In this document: one piece after another, positions 1 through 11,289 of the stretch
Position numbering within the stretch: position 1 is the first letter of the stretch
How the letters are laid out: each line of letters opens with the position of its first letter
Source of the DNA: Nemertoderma westbladi
Lineage: Eukaryota; Animalia; Xenacoelomorpha
DNA: 64,000 nucleotides
Reading direction: 5' to 3'
Assembly: GCA_032718475.1 (NCBI GenBank)
Contig: JAUCBJ010008813.1
Location: 62,001 to 126,000, forward strand
Program-made: the position numbers and the translations under genes
Notes under the pieces: model-generated
The model's database searches: none
Told to the model about the DNA's origin: nothing
The model's input: the letters and a program-made list of their open reading frames with translations, nothing else

Positions 1-424
1 GAGTGGAAGGGTTTACTGTGGAAGATCACCCATGGTGGTGAACAGGCATTCCTTTAGGAAACACAGTGGAAGGGTTTACTGTGGAAGATCACCCATGGTG
101 GTTAACATTCCTTTAGGAAACAGAGTTGAAGGGTTTACTGTGGAAGATCACCCATGGTGGTTAACAGGCATTCCTTTAGGAAACAGAGTTGAAGGGTTTA
201 CTGTGGAAGATCACCCATGGTGGTGAACAGGCATTCCTTTAGGAAACACAGTGGAAGGGTTTACTGTGGAAGATCACCCATGGTGGTTAACATTCCTTTA
301 GGAAACAGAGTTGAAGGGTTTAATGTGGAAGATCACCCATGGTGGTTAACAGGCATTCCTTTAGGAAACAGAGTGGAAGGGTTTACTGTGGAAGATCACC
401 CATGGCGGTAAACAGGGATTCCTT
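1..424. repeat. Intronic minisatellite, ~59-63 bp unit, about 7 copies, running off the window start
   Basis: The unit AACAGGCATTCCTTTAGGAAACAGAGTTGAAGGGTTTACTGTGGAAGATCACCCATGGTGGTT recurs with small indels. ORFs 32..226 and 217..411 are its translations. Confidence 0.95.
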
Positions 425-460
425 GGCCTAACGAGCCTAAAAGATTCATCCATTCATTAT
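416..460 (+). CDS. EPC1: Possible short EPC exon (IPWPNEPKRFIHSL)
   Basis: CAG at 413-415 and GTAAAT at 461. Phase 1 joins the exon at 533 in frame (T+CG = Ser). EPKRFIH resembles the PKxxIH motif preceding PDYD in EPC proteins. The acceptor has no pyrimidine tract. Confidence 0.35.
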
Positions 461-532
461 GTAAATATTATTAATTAAAACATTTTTTAACACATTATTT
501 TTCATGTTTTCGTTATTAATTGATTGATTTAG

Positions 533-777
533 CGATTACTTTCGGCGACCAAGAGATCCCTGACTACGATATGGACAGTGACGACGAATCTTGGGTCCGA
601 GCTCGGTGCATCGAGGGCCCTGATCCCCGGCTAAAGTTCGAGTTAATGATGGACCGACTCGAGAAGGGAAGCGGACAGACCGTGGTCTCCCTCAATGAGG
701 CCAAGGCCTTGCTGAAACAGGACGATGACCTGGTAACGGCTGTTTACGACTACTGGTTAAACAAACGCCTACATTAC
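533..777 (+). CDS. EPC1: Enhancer of polycomb homolog exon (EPcA/EPL1 domain)
   Basis: Encodes EIPDYDMDSDDE...FELMMDRLEKGSGQTVVSLNEAKALLKQDDDLVTAVYDYWLNKR, closely matching EPC1/E(Pc). Acceptor TTTAG ends at 532, donor GTTAGT at 778. Confidence 0.95.
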
Positions 778-1116
778 GTTAGTGTTACTAACTAACTAAC
801 TTTATTATAGTTTGCTATTTGTTATTGTTATTTTATTATGAACCAAATTTAGAGCTACTAAACATAAACAATGCCAGTAATACAATTATCATATATAAGC
901 GACTTCAACCAGGAAGAATAACATTGAATTTCATTTTAGAAGCATTCATAGTAAAAAGATCCTAGAAATAATTTTTTATTATATTAATAATGTTTTTACT
1001 TTTATTTTTAAGGCGCTGTTTACCTGAATACAAAAAACCTCCTTATTTTAATGGATAAAATTGTTTTTATCCATCTAGAGGTTACTGATTAACCGTTGGT
1101 CGCTTTATCTCCTTAG

Positions 1117-1292
1117 CAACACGCCCTGATTCCGTCGGTTAGGCAGGAACGACAGGCGTCTACTGTGACTCCGGACCCTTACATCGCGTTCCGTCGGCGA
1201 ACCGAACGGATGCAGACACGGAAGAATCGGAAAAACGACGAGGTTTCTTACGAGAGAATGATTCGGTTGAGACGGGATCTCGAGAGATCGTT
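1117..1292 (+). CDS. EPC1: Enhancer of polycomb homolog exon
   Basis: Encodes QHALIPSVRQERQASTVTPDPYIAFRRRTERMQTRKNRKNDEVSYERMIRLRRDLERS, containing the hallmark EPC DPYxAFRRRTEKMQTRKNRKNDE motif. CCTTAG acceptor, GTAAGT donor at 1293 (phase 2). Confidence 0.96.
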
Positions 1293-4200
1293 GTAAGTTT
1301 ATCTGTAGAGAGACTTAGAGAGATCGTTGTAAGTTTATCTGTAGAGAGACTTAGAGAGATCGTTGTAAGTTTATCTGTAGAGAGACTTAGAGAGATCGTT
1401 GTAAGTTTATCTGTAGAGACTTAGAGATATCGTTGTAAGTTTATCTGTAGAGAGACTTAGAGAGATCGTTGTAAGTTTATCTGTAGAGACTTAGAGAGAT
1501 CGTTGTAAGTTTATCTGTAGAGAGACTTAGATAGATCGTTGTAAGTTTATCTGTAGAGACTTAGATAGATCGTTGTAAGTTTATCTGTAGAGAGACTTAG
1601 AGAGATCGTTGTAAGATTATCTGTAGAGAGACTTAGAGAGATCGTTGTAAGTTTATCTGTAGAGAGACTTAGAGAGATCGTTGTAAGTTTATCTGTAGAG
1701 AGACTTAGAGAGATCGTTGTAAGTTTATCTGTAGAGAGACTTAGAGAGATCGTTGTAAGTTTATCTGTAGAGAGACTTAGAGAGATCGTTGTAAGTTTAT
1801 CTGTAGAGACTTAGAGAGATCGTTGTAAGTTTATCTGTAGAGAGACTTAGAGAGATCGTTGTAAGTTTATCTGTAGAGAGACTTAGAGAGATCGTTGTAA
1901 GTTTATCTGTAGAGACTTAGAGAGATCGTTGTAAGTTTATCTGTAGAGAGACTTAGATAGATCGTTGTAAGTTTATCTGTAGAGACTTAGATAGATCGTT
2001 GTAAGTTTATCTGTAGAGAGACTTAGAGAGATCGTTGTAAGTTTATCTGTAGAGAGACTTAGAGAGATCGTTGTAAGTTTATCTGTAGAGACTTAGAGAG
2101 ATCGTTGTAAGTTTATCTGTAGAGAGACTTAGAGAGATCGTTGTAAGTTTATCTGTAGAGAGACTTAGAGAGATCGTTGTAAGTTTATCTGTAGAGACTT
2201 AGAGAGATCGTTGTAAGTTTATCTGTAGAGAGACTTAGAGAGATCGTTGTAAGTTTATCTGTAGAGACTTAGAGAGATCGTTGTAAGTTTATCTGTAGAG
2301 AGACTTAGAGAGATCGTTGTAAGTTTATCTGTAGAGAGACTTAGAGAGATCGTTGTAAGTTTATCTGTAGAGACTTTGAGAGATCGTTGTAAGTTTATCT
2401 GTAGAGAGACTTAGATAGATCGTTGTAAGTTTATCTGTAGAGACTTAGAGAGATCGTTGTAAGTTTATCTGTAGAGACTTAGAGAGATCGTTGTAAGTTT
2501 ATCTGTAGAGAGACTTAGAGAGATCGTTGTAAGTTTATCTGTAGAGACTTAGAGAGATCGTTGTAAGTTTATCTGTAGAGAGACTTAGAGAGATCGTTGT
2601 AAGTTTATCTGTAGAGACTTAGAGAGATCGTTGTAAGTTTATCTGTAGAGAGACTTAGAGAGATCGTTGTAAGTTTATCTGTAGAGAGACTTAGAGAGAT
2701 CGTTGTAAGTTTATCTGTAGAGAGACTTAGAGAGATCGTTGTAAGTTTATCTGTAGAGACTTAGAGAGATCGTTGTAAGTTTATCTGTAGAGAGACTTAG
2801 AGAGATCGTTGTAAGTTTATCTGTAGAGAGACTTAGAGAGATCGTTGTAAGTTTATCTGTAGAGAGACTTAGAGAGATCGTTGTCAGTTTATCTGTAGAG
2901 ACTTAGAGAGATCGTTGTAAGTTTATCTGTAGAGAGACTTAGAGAGATCGTTGTAAGTTTATCTGTAGAGAGACTTAGATAGATCGTTGTAAGTTTATCT
3001 GTAGAGACTTAGAGAGGTCGTTGTAAGTTTATCTGTAGAGAGACTTAGAGAGATCGTTGTAAGTTTATCTGTAGAGAGACTTAGAGAGATCGTTGTAAGT
3101 TTATCTGTAGAGAGACTTAGAGAGATCGTTGTAAGTTTATCTGTAGAGAGACTTAGAGAGATCGTTGTAAGTTTATCTGTAGAGAGACTTAGAGAGATCG
3201 TTGTAAGTTTATCTGTAGAGGCTTAGAGAGATCGTTGTAAGTTTATCTGTAGAGAGACTTAGAGAGATCGTTGTAAGTTTATCTGTAGAGAGACTTAGAG
3301 AGATCGTTGTCAGTTTATCTGTAGAGAGACTTAGAGAGATCGTTGTAAGTTTATCTGTAGAGAGACTTAGAGAGATCGTTGTAAGTTTATCTGTAGAGAG
3401 ACTTAGAGAGATCGTTGTAAGTTTATCTGTAGAGACTTAGAGAGATCGTTGTCAGTTTATCTGTAGAGAGACTTAGAGAGATCGTTGTAAGTTTATCTGT
3501 AGAGACTTAGAGAGATCGTTGTCAGTTTATCTGTAGAGAGACTTAGAGAGATCGTTGTAAGTTTATCTGTAGAGAGACTTAGAGAGATCGTTGTAAGTTT
3601 ATCTGTAGAGACTTAGAGAGATCGTTGTCAGTTTATCTGTAGAGAGACTTAGAGAGATCGTTGTAAGTTTATCTGTAGAGACTTAGAGAGATCGTTGTCA
3701 GTTTATCTGTAGAGAGACTTAGAGAGATCGTTGTCAGTTTATCTGTAGAGAGACTTAGAGAGATCGTTGTAAGTTTATCTGTAGAGAGACTTAGAGAGAT
3801 CGTTGTAAGTTTATCTGTAGAGAGACTTAGATAGATCGTTGTAAGTTTATCTGTAGAGACTTAGAGAGGTCGTTGTAAGTTTATCTGTAGAGAGACTTAG
3901 AGAGATCGTTGTAAGTTTATCTGTAGAGAGACTTAGAGAGATCGTTGTAAGTTTATCTGTAGAGAGACTTAGAGAGATCGTTGTAAGTTTATCTGTAGAG
4001 AGACTTAGAGAGATCGTTGTAAGTTTATCTGTAGAGAGACTTAGAGAGATCGTTGTAAGTTTATCTGTAGAGACTTAGAGAGATCGTTGTAAGTTTATCT
4101 GTAGAGAGACTTAGAGAGATCGTTGTAAGTTTATCTGTAGAGAGACTTAGAGAGATCGTTGTAAGTTTATCTGTAGAGACTTAGAGAGATCGTTGTCAGT

Positions 4201-5550
4201 TTATCTGTAGAGAGACTTAGAGAGATCGTTGTAAGTTTATCTGTAGAGAGACTTAGAGAGATCGTTGTAAGTTTATCTGTAGAGAGACTTAGAGAGATCG
4301 TTGTAAGTTTATCTGTAGAGACTTAGAGAGATCGTTGTCAGTTTATCTGTAGAGAGACTTAGAGAGATCGTTGTAAGTTTATCTGTAGAGAGACTTAGAG
4401 AGATCGTTGTAAGTTTATCTGTAGAGAGACTTAGAGAGATCGTTGTAAGTTTATCTGTAGAGAGACTTAGAGAGATCGTTGTAAGTTTATCTGTAGAGAG
4501 ACTTAGAGAGATCGTTGTAAGTTTATCTGTAGAGAGACTTAGAGAGATCGTTGTAAGTTTATCTGTAGAGACTTAGAGAGATCGTTGTAAGTTTATCTGT
4601 AGAGAGACTTAGAGAGATCGTTGTAAGTTTATCTGTAGAGAGACTTAGAGAGATCGTTGTAAGTTTATCTGTAGAGAGACTTAGAGAGATCGTTGTAAGT
4701 TTATCTGTAGAGACTTAGAGAGATCGTTGTAAGTTTATCTGTAGTGAGACTTAGAGAGATCGTTGTAAGTTTATCTGTAGAGAGACTTAGATAGATCGTT
4801 GTAAGTTTATCTGTAGAGACTTAGAGAGATCGTTGTAAGTTTATCTGTAGAGAGACTTAGAGAGATCGTTGTAAGTTTATCTGTAGAGAGACTTAGAGAG
4901 ATCGTTGTAAGTTTATCTGTAGAGACTTAGAGAGATCGTTGTAAGTTTATCTGTAGAGACTTAGAGAGATCGTTGTAAGTTTATCTGTAGAGAGACTTAG
5001 AGAGATCGTTGTAAGTTTATCTGTAGAGAGACTTAGAGAGATCGTTGTCAGTTTATCTGTAGAGAGACTTAGAGAGATCGTTGTAAGTTTATCTGTAGAG
5101 AGACTTAGAGAGATCGTTGTAAGTTTATCTGTAGAGAGACTTAGAGAGATCGTTGTAAGTTTATCTGTAGAGACTTAGAGAGATCGTTGTAAGTTTATCT
5201 GTAGAGAGACTTAGAGAGATCGTTGTAAGTTTATCTGTAGAGAGACTTAGAGAGATCGTTGTAAGTTTATCTGTAGAGAGACTTAGAGAGATCGTTGTAA
5301 GTTTATCTGTAGAGACTTAGAGAGATCGTTGTAAGTTTATCTGTAGAGAGACTTAGAGAGATCGTTGTAAGTTTATCTGTAGAGAGACTTAGATAGATCG
5401 TTGTAAGTTTATCTGTAGAGACTTAGAGAGATCGTTGTAAGTTTATCTGTAGAGAGACTTAGAGAGATCGTTGTAAGTTTATCTGTAGAGAGACTTAGAG
5501 AGATCGTTGTAAGTTTATCTGTAGAGAGACTTAGAGAGATCGTTGTAAGA
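1282..5550 (+). repeat. Splice-donor-containing minisatellite, 34/36-bp unit, about 120 copies, filling an EPC intron
   Basis: Unit GAGAGATCGTT|GTAAGTTTATCTGTAGAG(AG)ACTTA. The first copy is the real exon end and donor. Confidence 0.98.
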
Positions 5551-5618
5551 TTATACGTTCTGTTATGTTAATGTTAAACCGTTCTAAATTTGGTTACCAT
5601 GGTATTTTGTTTATTTAG

Positions 5619-5829
5619 GGACCTTCTGAATTTAGTTCGTAAACGGGAGAAACAAAAAAAGGAGTTGGTACGTTTGTCTATAGAACTGTATGAGAAGCAG
5701 TACCAGATGGGAGACTATACCTCGACAGTCTACAATGACCTCGTCAAGGTTTTGAGACACGAGAAACCCTCGTACACAGTGCCAGTAGTGCCCAAATACA
5801 GACGGCAGGGGGAGCAGACCCACCCAAGG
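5619..5829 (+). CDS. EPC1: Enhancer of polycomb homolog exon
   Basis: TT+G = Leu in phase with the previous exon. Encodes DLLNLVRKREKQKKELVRLSIELYEKQYQMGDY...KPSYTVPVVP, matching EPC (KRREKSKRELL...RYNLGDY...KPTYAIPIIP). Donor GTAAGT at 5830. Confidence 0.93.
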
Positions 5830-6410
5830 GTAAGTAAGAAACCCTCGTACACAGTGCCAGTAGTGCCCAAGTACAGACGGACGGCAGGGGGAGCAGACCC
5901 ACCCAAGGGTAAGTAAGAAACCCTCGTACACAGTGCCAGTAGTGCCCAAGTACAGACGGACGGCAGGGGGAGCAGACCCACCCAAGGGTAAGTAAGAAAC
6001 CCTCGTACACAGTGCCAGTAGTACCCAAGTACAGACGGACGGCAGGGGGAGCAGACCCACCCAAGGGTAAGTAAGAAACCCTCGTACACAGTGCCAGTAG
6101 TGCCCAAGTACAGACAGACGGCAGGGGGAGCAGACCCACCCAAGGGTAAGTAAGAAACCCTCGTACACAGTGCCAGTAGTACCCAAGTACAGACGGACGG
6201 CAGGGAGAGCAGACCCACCCAAGGGTAAGTAAGAAACCCTCGTACACAGTGCCAGTAGTACCCAAGTACAGACGGACGGCAGGGAGAGCAGACCCACCCA
6301 AGGTAAGTAAGAAACCCTCGTACACAGTGCCAGTAGTACCCAAGTACAGACGGACGGCAGGGGGAGCAGACCCACCCAAGGTAAGTAAGAAACCCTCGTA
6401 CACAGTGCCG
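5762..6410 (+). repeat. Exon-end plus donor tandem repeat, 75-79 bp unit, about 8 copies plus a partial copy
   Basis: Unit is the last 68 nt of the exon plus GTAAGTA. Intronic copies carry a 4-nt insertion relative to the exon copy. Confidence 0.97.
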
Positions 6411-6422
6411 TTATTGTTCCAG

Positions 6423-6701
6423 GACGACTACCGTAAGCGCCGCCGTTACGAACGTTCCCGCGGTGGTTCTATCGCCAAACTGAAGTCCTACCGTTCGGTG
6501 TACCCTCCCCACCCGGGTAGCCAACCCCCCTACCGTGGCAACCCCACCCACCATCCACCCGCGCACTACCCCCCCTCCGCCCAGACGTCCCAGCACCCAC
6601 CCAGACTGCGGGTGGACTCCTCCAGGGTCTACGAGTTGGGGGAGACAGAGCGACGGGCCGTCGAGACATCGACAGTTCCTGCACAGTCGCCGGCCCAAAA
6701 G
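6423..6701 (+). CDS. EPC1: Enhancer of polycomb homolog exon (basic then Pro/His-rich region)
   Basis: TTGTTCCAG acceptor. Encodes DDYRKRRRYERSR (compare EPC RPKRKYEKK), 93 open codons, AAG|GTTAGA donor. Phases fit both neighbours. Confidence 0.8.
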
Positions 6702-7124
6702 GTTAGATAAAGTAAACCAACGGAATTTATTATATGTTATTCTTTAAGAAATATGTGAAACGCTTGCACTTAATTTAAAGAAGTAATTTAATTGGAAAGT
6801 TTGAGATTACAGTAACTTAAATTAAATTTAATTAATTAATTAATGCAATTAAATCCTATATTCTCCTTCTTCTATAATACAATTGCCAATGATATATGTT
6901 TGTTTGACACAGCCGTATCTACACCTAAACGCTCCGGTGGTTTGCTACAAGACTTTGTATGGTGATTTACATGTGTATTGGCCATGGAATAGGAAAGTTA
7001 CGCATTAATTAATTAATTAATTCTCGAGATAATTAAGAAATTGATTGGAATTGAATTGAAAATTGAAATGTTTTCATTATATGGAATTTTTCTATCAGTA
7101 AACCAACCAGTAATCAATAGCAAG

Positions 7125-8163
7125 GCATTGATTACAGGCAGAAAGCCGGTCTTCCCAGGATGCCTTGTATAAGGCGAAGCAGGACTCCGCCTTTCTTGGT
7201 GTTCCCGCTGAACGGCGCACGGCGGTTGAGAGAACGGTGTCCCACAAGACGGGTGGGTGGCTGTCAGCGCAGCCCTCCGTTGTGGATCACAGTGATCACA
7301 ACGATCTGGACCCGGAGGTGTTCCGCGATAACCTCAATCTGAGGTATGGACTGACACCACCGAGTCTACCAGCTAGCTGCGAGGGGTGTGGGGGGGCGTT
7401 TACGACCTCGCATGCCCTGAATTGCAAGTCTGGTGGGCTCATTATAAAGCGCCATGACGAGGTTCGCGAGGTATTCGGAGACCTCATTGCGACTGCCTTT
7501 GGGGGGTCGGTTGTCCAGCGGGAGGTCACGTTGGTAACTGTGACCCTGATAGACAGGGCCGCGAGGTGGGGGGAGTCAGGGCAGACCTCTTGGCGAGGGG
7601 AGTCGGGGCCGAACTGAGGGTGGCGTCTTTTGATATCGCGATCATTAACGCTGACGCCCCCTCATACGTTAATCGGACCCTAGACTCCGCCCTCCAACAG
7701 CGGGTCCGCGCAAAGAAGGGTCCACTACGGTGCGGTTTGCGAGGATCGCCGGATCTCCTTCACCCCCCTAGTCGGAACCACCGTCGGGGTGTGGTGCAAG
7801 GAGGCCGAGATCTTGATTCGCCACGTAGCGGAGACCTTAGTCGCACGGCGGGATGCAATGCGTCAACGCGGCCTTGCGTGCGTGTTGGGCGGGGTTCGGA
7901 GGCGCCTCCAATTCGCGCTACTCCGCTCCAACTCCCTCTGTCTGCGCGGTGGTCGAAGGCCGTGGAGGGGACTCGGGTTTGTAGACGGTGCCGGTCTGAG
8001 GGGGTCTGACCTCCCAGATCGTTACTGATCCCCCCCCCCCCCCCCCCCCCCACTCTTTAATTACTTCACATGTCTTCTGGTGGTGGGTCATCATTTACCT
8101 TTTTGATGCATTTTATAATATATTACTTTATGAGAATTTAGAAGCAAGTATTCCAGTCAAATT
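7125..8163 (+). mobile_element. 5'-truncated, frameshifted CRE/NeSL-type non-LTR retrotransposon (RLE domain)
   Basis: LRYG..P..CEGC..F...HALNCKSGG..KRHDEVR is a CCHC knuckle plus RHD motif, followed by RADL..RG...FD, a restriction-like endonuclease motif. It is split over three frames and flanked by the 15-bp direct repeat GTAATCAATAGCAAG (7110-7124 and 8164-8178). Confidence 0.85.
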
Positions 8164-8454
8164 GTAATCAATAGCAAGATAATATTAATATAACTTTATC
8201 TTACTACTTTTTCAGAAGTGTAAGATAAAGTGAATGTCACCAAAATCCCGCCACATATACTAATAACTTAGGAATTTAATCCAAAATTGCAATCCCGATC
8301 CCGGAAATCCCGAAAAGTCAGGTCCCGTTTGAACACTATGATATACCATCGAAAATAGAAATTTGAAAAACAAGTTTCTGGCCCCCACTAACAGCCTGCG
8401 GTAGATTTTTAACAAAATTTATCTAAAAACACTTATCCCGCACATTAGTTGGAG

Positions 8455-9483
8455 CCCCCATTCTGCTCCCATTCTGCCCCCATTCTGCTCCCATTCTGCC
8501 CCCATTATGTCCCCATTTTGCCCCCATTCTGCTCCCATTCTGCCCCCATTCTGCTCCCATTCTGCCCCCATTCTGCCCCATTATGTCCCCATTTTGCCCC
8601 CATTCTGCTCCCATTCTGCCCCCATTATGTCCCCATTTTGCCCCCATTCTGCCCCCATTCTGCTCCCATTCTGCCCCCATTCTGCTCCCATTTTGCCCCC
8701 ATTCTGCCCCCATTATGTCCCCATATTACCCCCATTCTGTTCCCATTCTGCCCCCATTCTGCTCCCATTCTGCCCCCATTCTGCTCCCATTCTGCCCCCA
8801 TTCTGCTCCCATTCTGCCCCCATTCTGCTCCCATTCTGCCCCCATTCTGCCCCCATTCTGCTCCAATTCTGCCCCCATTTTGCCCCATTCTGCTCCCATT
8901 CTGCCCCCATTATGTCCCCATTTTGCCCCCATTCTGCTCCCATTCTGCCCCCATTATGTCCCCATTTTGCCCCCATTCTGCCCCCATTCTGCTCCCATTC
9001 TGCCCCCATTCTGCTCCCATTTTGCCCCCATTCTGCCCCCATTCTGCCCCCATTATGTCCCCATTTTACCCCCATTCTGCTCCCATTCTGCTCCCATTCT
9101 GCCCCCATTCTGCCCCTGCCCCCATTCTGCCCCCATTATGCCCCCATTTTACCCCCATTCTGCTCCCATTCTGCCCCCATTCTGCTCCCATTCTGCCCCC
9201 ATTCTGCTCCCATTCTGCCCCCATTATGTCCCCATTTTGCCCCCATTCTGCTCCCATTCTGCCCCCATTATGTCCCCATTCTGCCCCCATTCTGCCCCCA
9301 TTCTGCCCCCATTATGCCCCCCTTATGTCCCCATTTTGCTCCCATTCTGCTCCCATTTTGCCCCCATTTTGCCCCCATTCTGCTCCCATTTTGCTCCCAT
9401 TCTGCCCCCATTCTGTTCCCATTCTGCTCCCATTTTGCCCCCATTATGTCCCCATTTTGCTCCCATTCTTCCCCCATTATGCT
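8455..9483. repeat. C-rich 11-bp minisatellite (CCATTCTGCCC, CCATTCTGCTC and CCATTATGTCC variants), about 93 units
   Basis: Direct reading. Stop-free in several frames, which gives the PFCPHSAPIL pseudo-ORFs. Confidence 0.95.
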
Positions 9484-9990
9484 CCCTTTTGGATTATGAT
9501 TACGATTATGCCGACCTAAAATTTTCATTATGGCGGTTTTCGTGGTCGAGGATTTCTTTTTCAAAATTAGTTGTGGAATATTTGGTGGAATCTAGGTCAG
9601 TCTGTCCGCGGGTCTGTTTTACATTTTACGGACAGACCGGATGACTGACAGACATCGGGAACTAAGAAATCTAGCCGTATTCTAGAAAGCTAACCCGTAT
9701 TCAGATCTGAAATCCTTTTTAAATTTACCAGCGGTATTTTGTTGAATATAATTTATTCAATAAATTTATTTATATTAATTACGAATTTATTTGAATATTT
9801 CTTAAGGTAAATTTGTTACCCAATTGTAATTTTATTATAATAATAAACGTTCAGAATCAATCTCGGATCTTCTCCCTTTTTAGGGAGAGTATGTTGGATT
9901 TATATTATAAATACTGGTTTCCGTCGTCAATTTATATTTTCGTTTGAAATTACGTATAGCTAGAAGTTAACAACGTTTTATGGTTTATAG

Positions 9991-10074
9991 CCTACTCCAG
10001 CGGCGGTTGCTGTGGATCTACAACCCGATGGACAGTTCACATTCCGAAGAATAGATGGCGCTTCATACTATGCA
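9991..10074 (+). CDS. EPC1: Enhancer of polycomb homolog exon (start of EPcB)
   Basis: Encodes PTPAAVAVDLQPDGQFTFRRIDGASYYA, matching EPC DPDGPFAFRRKAGCQYYA. TTTATAG acceptor, GTAAGT donor. Confidence 0.92.
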
Positions 10075-10155
10075 GTAAGTGTTACACCTTCGGGGGGGGG
10101 GGGGGGGGGGGGGGTAGAGGAAGGGTTGTATATAATTCATTATCATATCGTTTAG

Positions 10156-10334
10156 GCTTCTACAACAGACACAGTGCAATCAATGTATCCTCCACCCTAC
10201 CGCTTGATGGCGTTACACTCGCCTGGCGCTCACACCCCTGGCGACGGCGATAGTCCAATAGGAAGGGGGCGTCATCGTTGCCTTGGATACGGTCGTCGGA
10301 GATTGGCCAGAGGCGGTAGGGTGTCCCTTGATAG
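10156..10334 (+). CDS. EPC1: Enhancer of polycomb homolog exon (EPcB)
   Basis: Encodes RCLGYGRRRLARGGRVSLD, matching EPC RCIGFARRRVGRGGRVLLDR. TTTAG acceptor, AG|GTGGGT donor (phase 2). Confidence 0.92.
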
Positions 10335-10636
10335 GTGGGTGGACATTAACTTTAATTTAACCAATAATTATCTTATTAATTGTTGTTGTTACACTATTTT
10401 ACATTATCTCTTTTTTTAATCAGTTTAAAAACAATAAATTTATAATTTAATATTTAACGATTTTAATTTAGAGATTTTAAATGTCGGAAGATTATAATAC
10501 TCGAAATATTTCATCCGAAACTACATAGATGCACGATTTCACAGACTTTTATGAACGGGACTTGGTAACAAACTACACGAAAATCAATATTAGGCCCTTC
10601 AAATAGTTTCTACAGGGGCTTGGAATATAAGTTACT

Positions 10637-10843
10637 CTAATTATATTTAATATATATTTTCAATTCGCAAATTGTTAAAGCGTCGTCTCTATTACTGAAT
10701 AGCACAACATATCTACCGTGTGCCCCATCACAGTCAATGTTAGCGACGGCTACATCAGCTAATGGAGTTCCACAATGGACTTTATCATTGATTGTTCCCA
10801 AGGCATTCAGTAAACTCCGGCGATTCTCGGTCAATACGAATAT
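10637..10843 (-). CDS. PAN/F-type lectin gene, last coding exon
   Basis: Encodes IFVL...CG...IDCDGAHGRYVVL...LTICELKIY*, the typical F-type lectin C-terminal half (GRYV, LxxCEV). TTTTCAG acceptor. Confidence 0.9.
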   Translation of the reverse strand: MFVLTENRRSLLNALGTINDKVHCGTPLADVAVANIDCDGAHGRYVVLFSNRDDALTICELKIYIKYN

Positions 10844-10883
10844 CTGAAAAGTTAAAATAGTTTTATTGGTTACCACCACAGTC

Positions 10884-11235
10884 ACCCCTCTAGCGGGAGA
10901 CTCGAAAAATACTAATTATAATGTAAACATTAGACAGAGACTAGGTGTTTACCGGGTTTGGTTTCATTTCATCAAGATTAACTTGAGCTATTCGCTTTCA
11001 AACATTAGCTAACAGACATACATACAGGACAGACCGACCGACCGACCGACCGACCGACCGACCGACCGACCGACCGACCGACCGACCGACCGACCGACCG
11101 ACCGACCGACCGACCGACCGACCGACCGACCGACCGACCGACCGACCGACCGACCGACCGACCGACCGACCGACCGACCGACCGACCGACCGACCGACCG
11201 ACAGACAACTACTGAAACAGCGGTTCCCCTATGTT
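10884..11235. mobile_element. HINE/DINE-1-like non-autonomous element with expanded (GACC)n microsatellite
   Basis: GTTTGGTTTCATTTC...AAACATT...CAGACA motif shared with copies near 20170, 27240 and 62275. About 42 GACC units at 11034-11200. Confidence 0.55.
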
Positions 11236-11289
11236 AAGATCTTTTACTGTATTGATGCGGTAATAATAACATATTTATCTAAGTCGAAC

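Noticed and set aside
5632-6403. Three overlapping minus-strand ORFs
   Set aside because: They are antisense translations of the 79-bp repeat.
8423-9644. Long ORFs (PFCPHSAPIL / MGAEWGQNG)
   Set aside because: They are open in several frames on both strands because the 11-mer lacks stops, and they lie in an EPC intron.
11005-11208. SVGR-repeat ORF
   Set aside because: It is a (GACC)n microsatellite.
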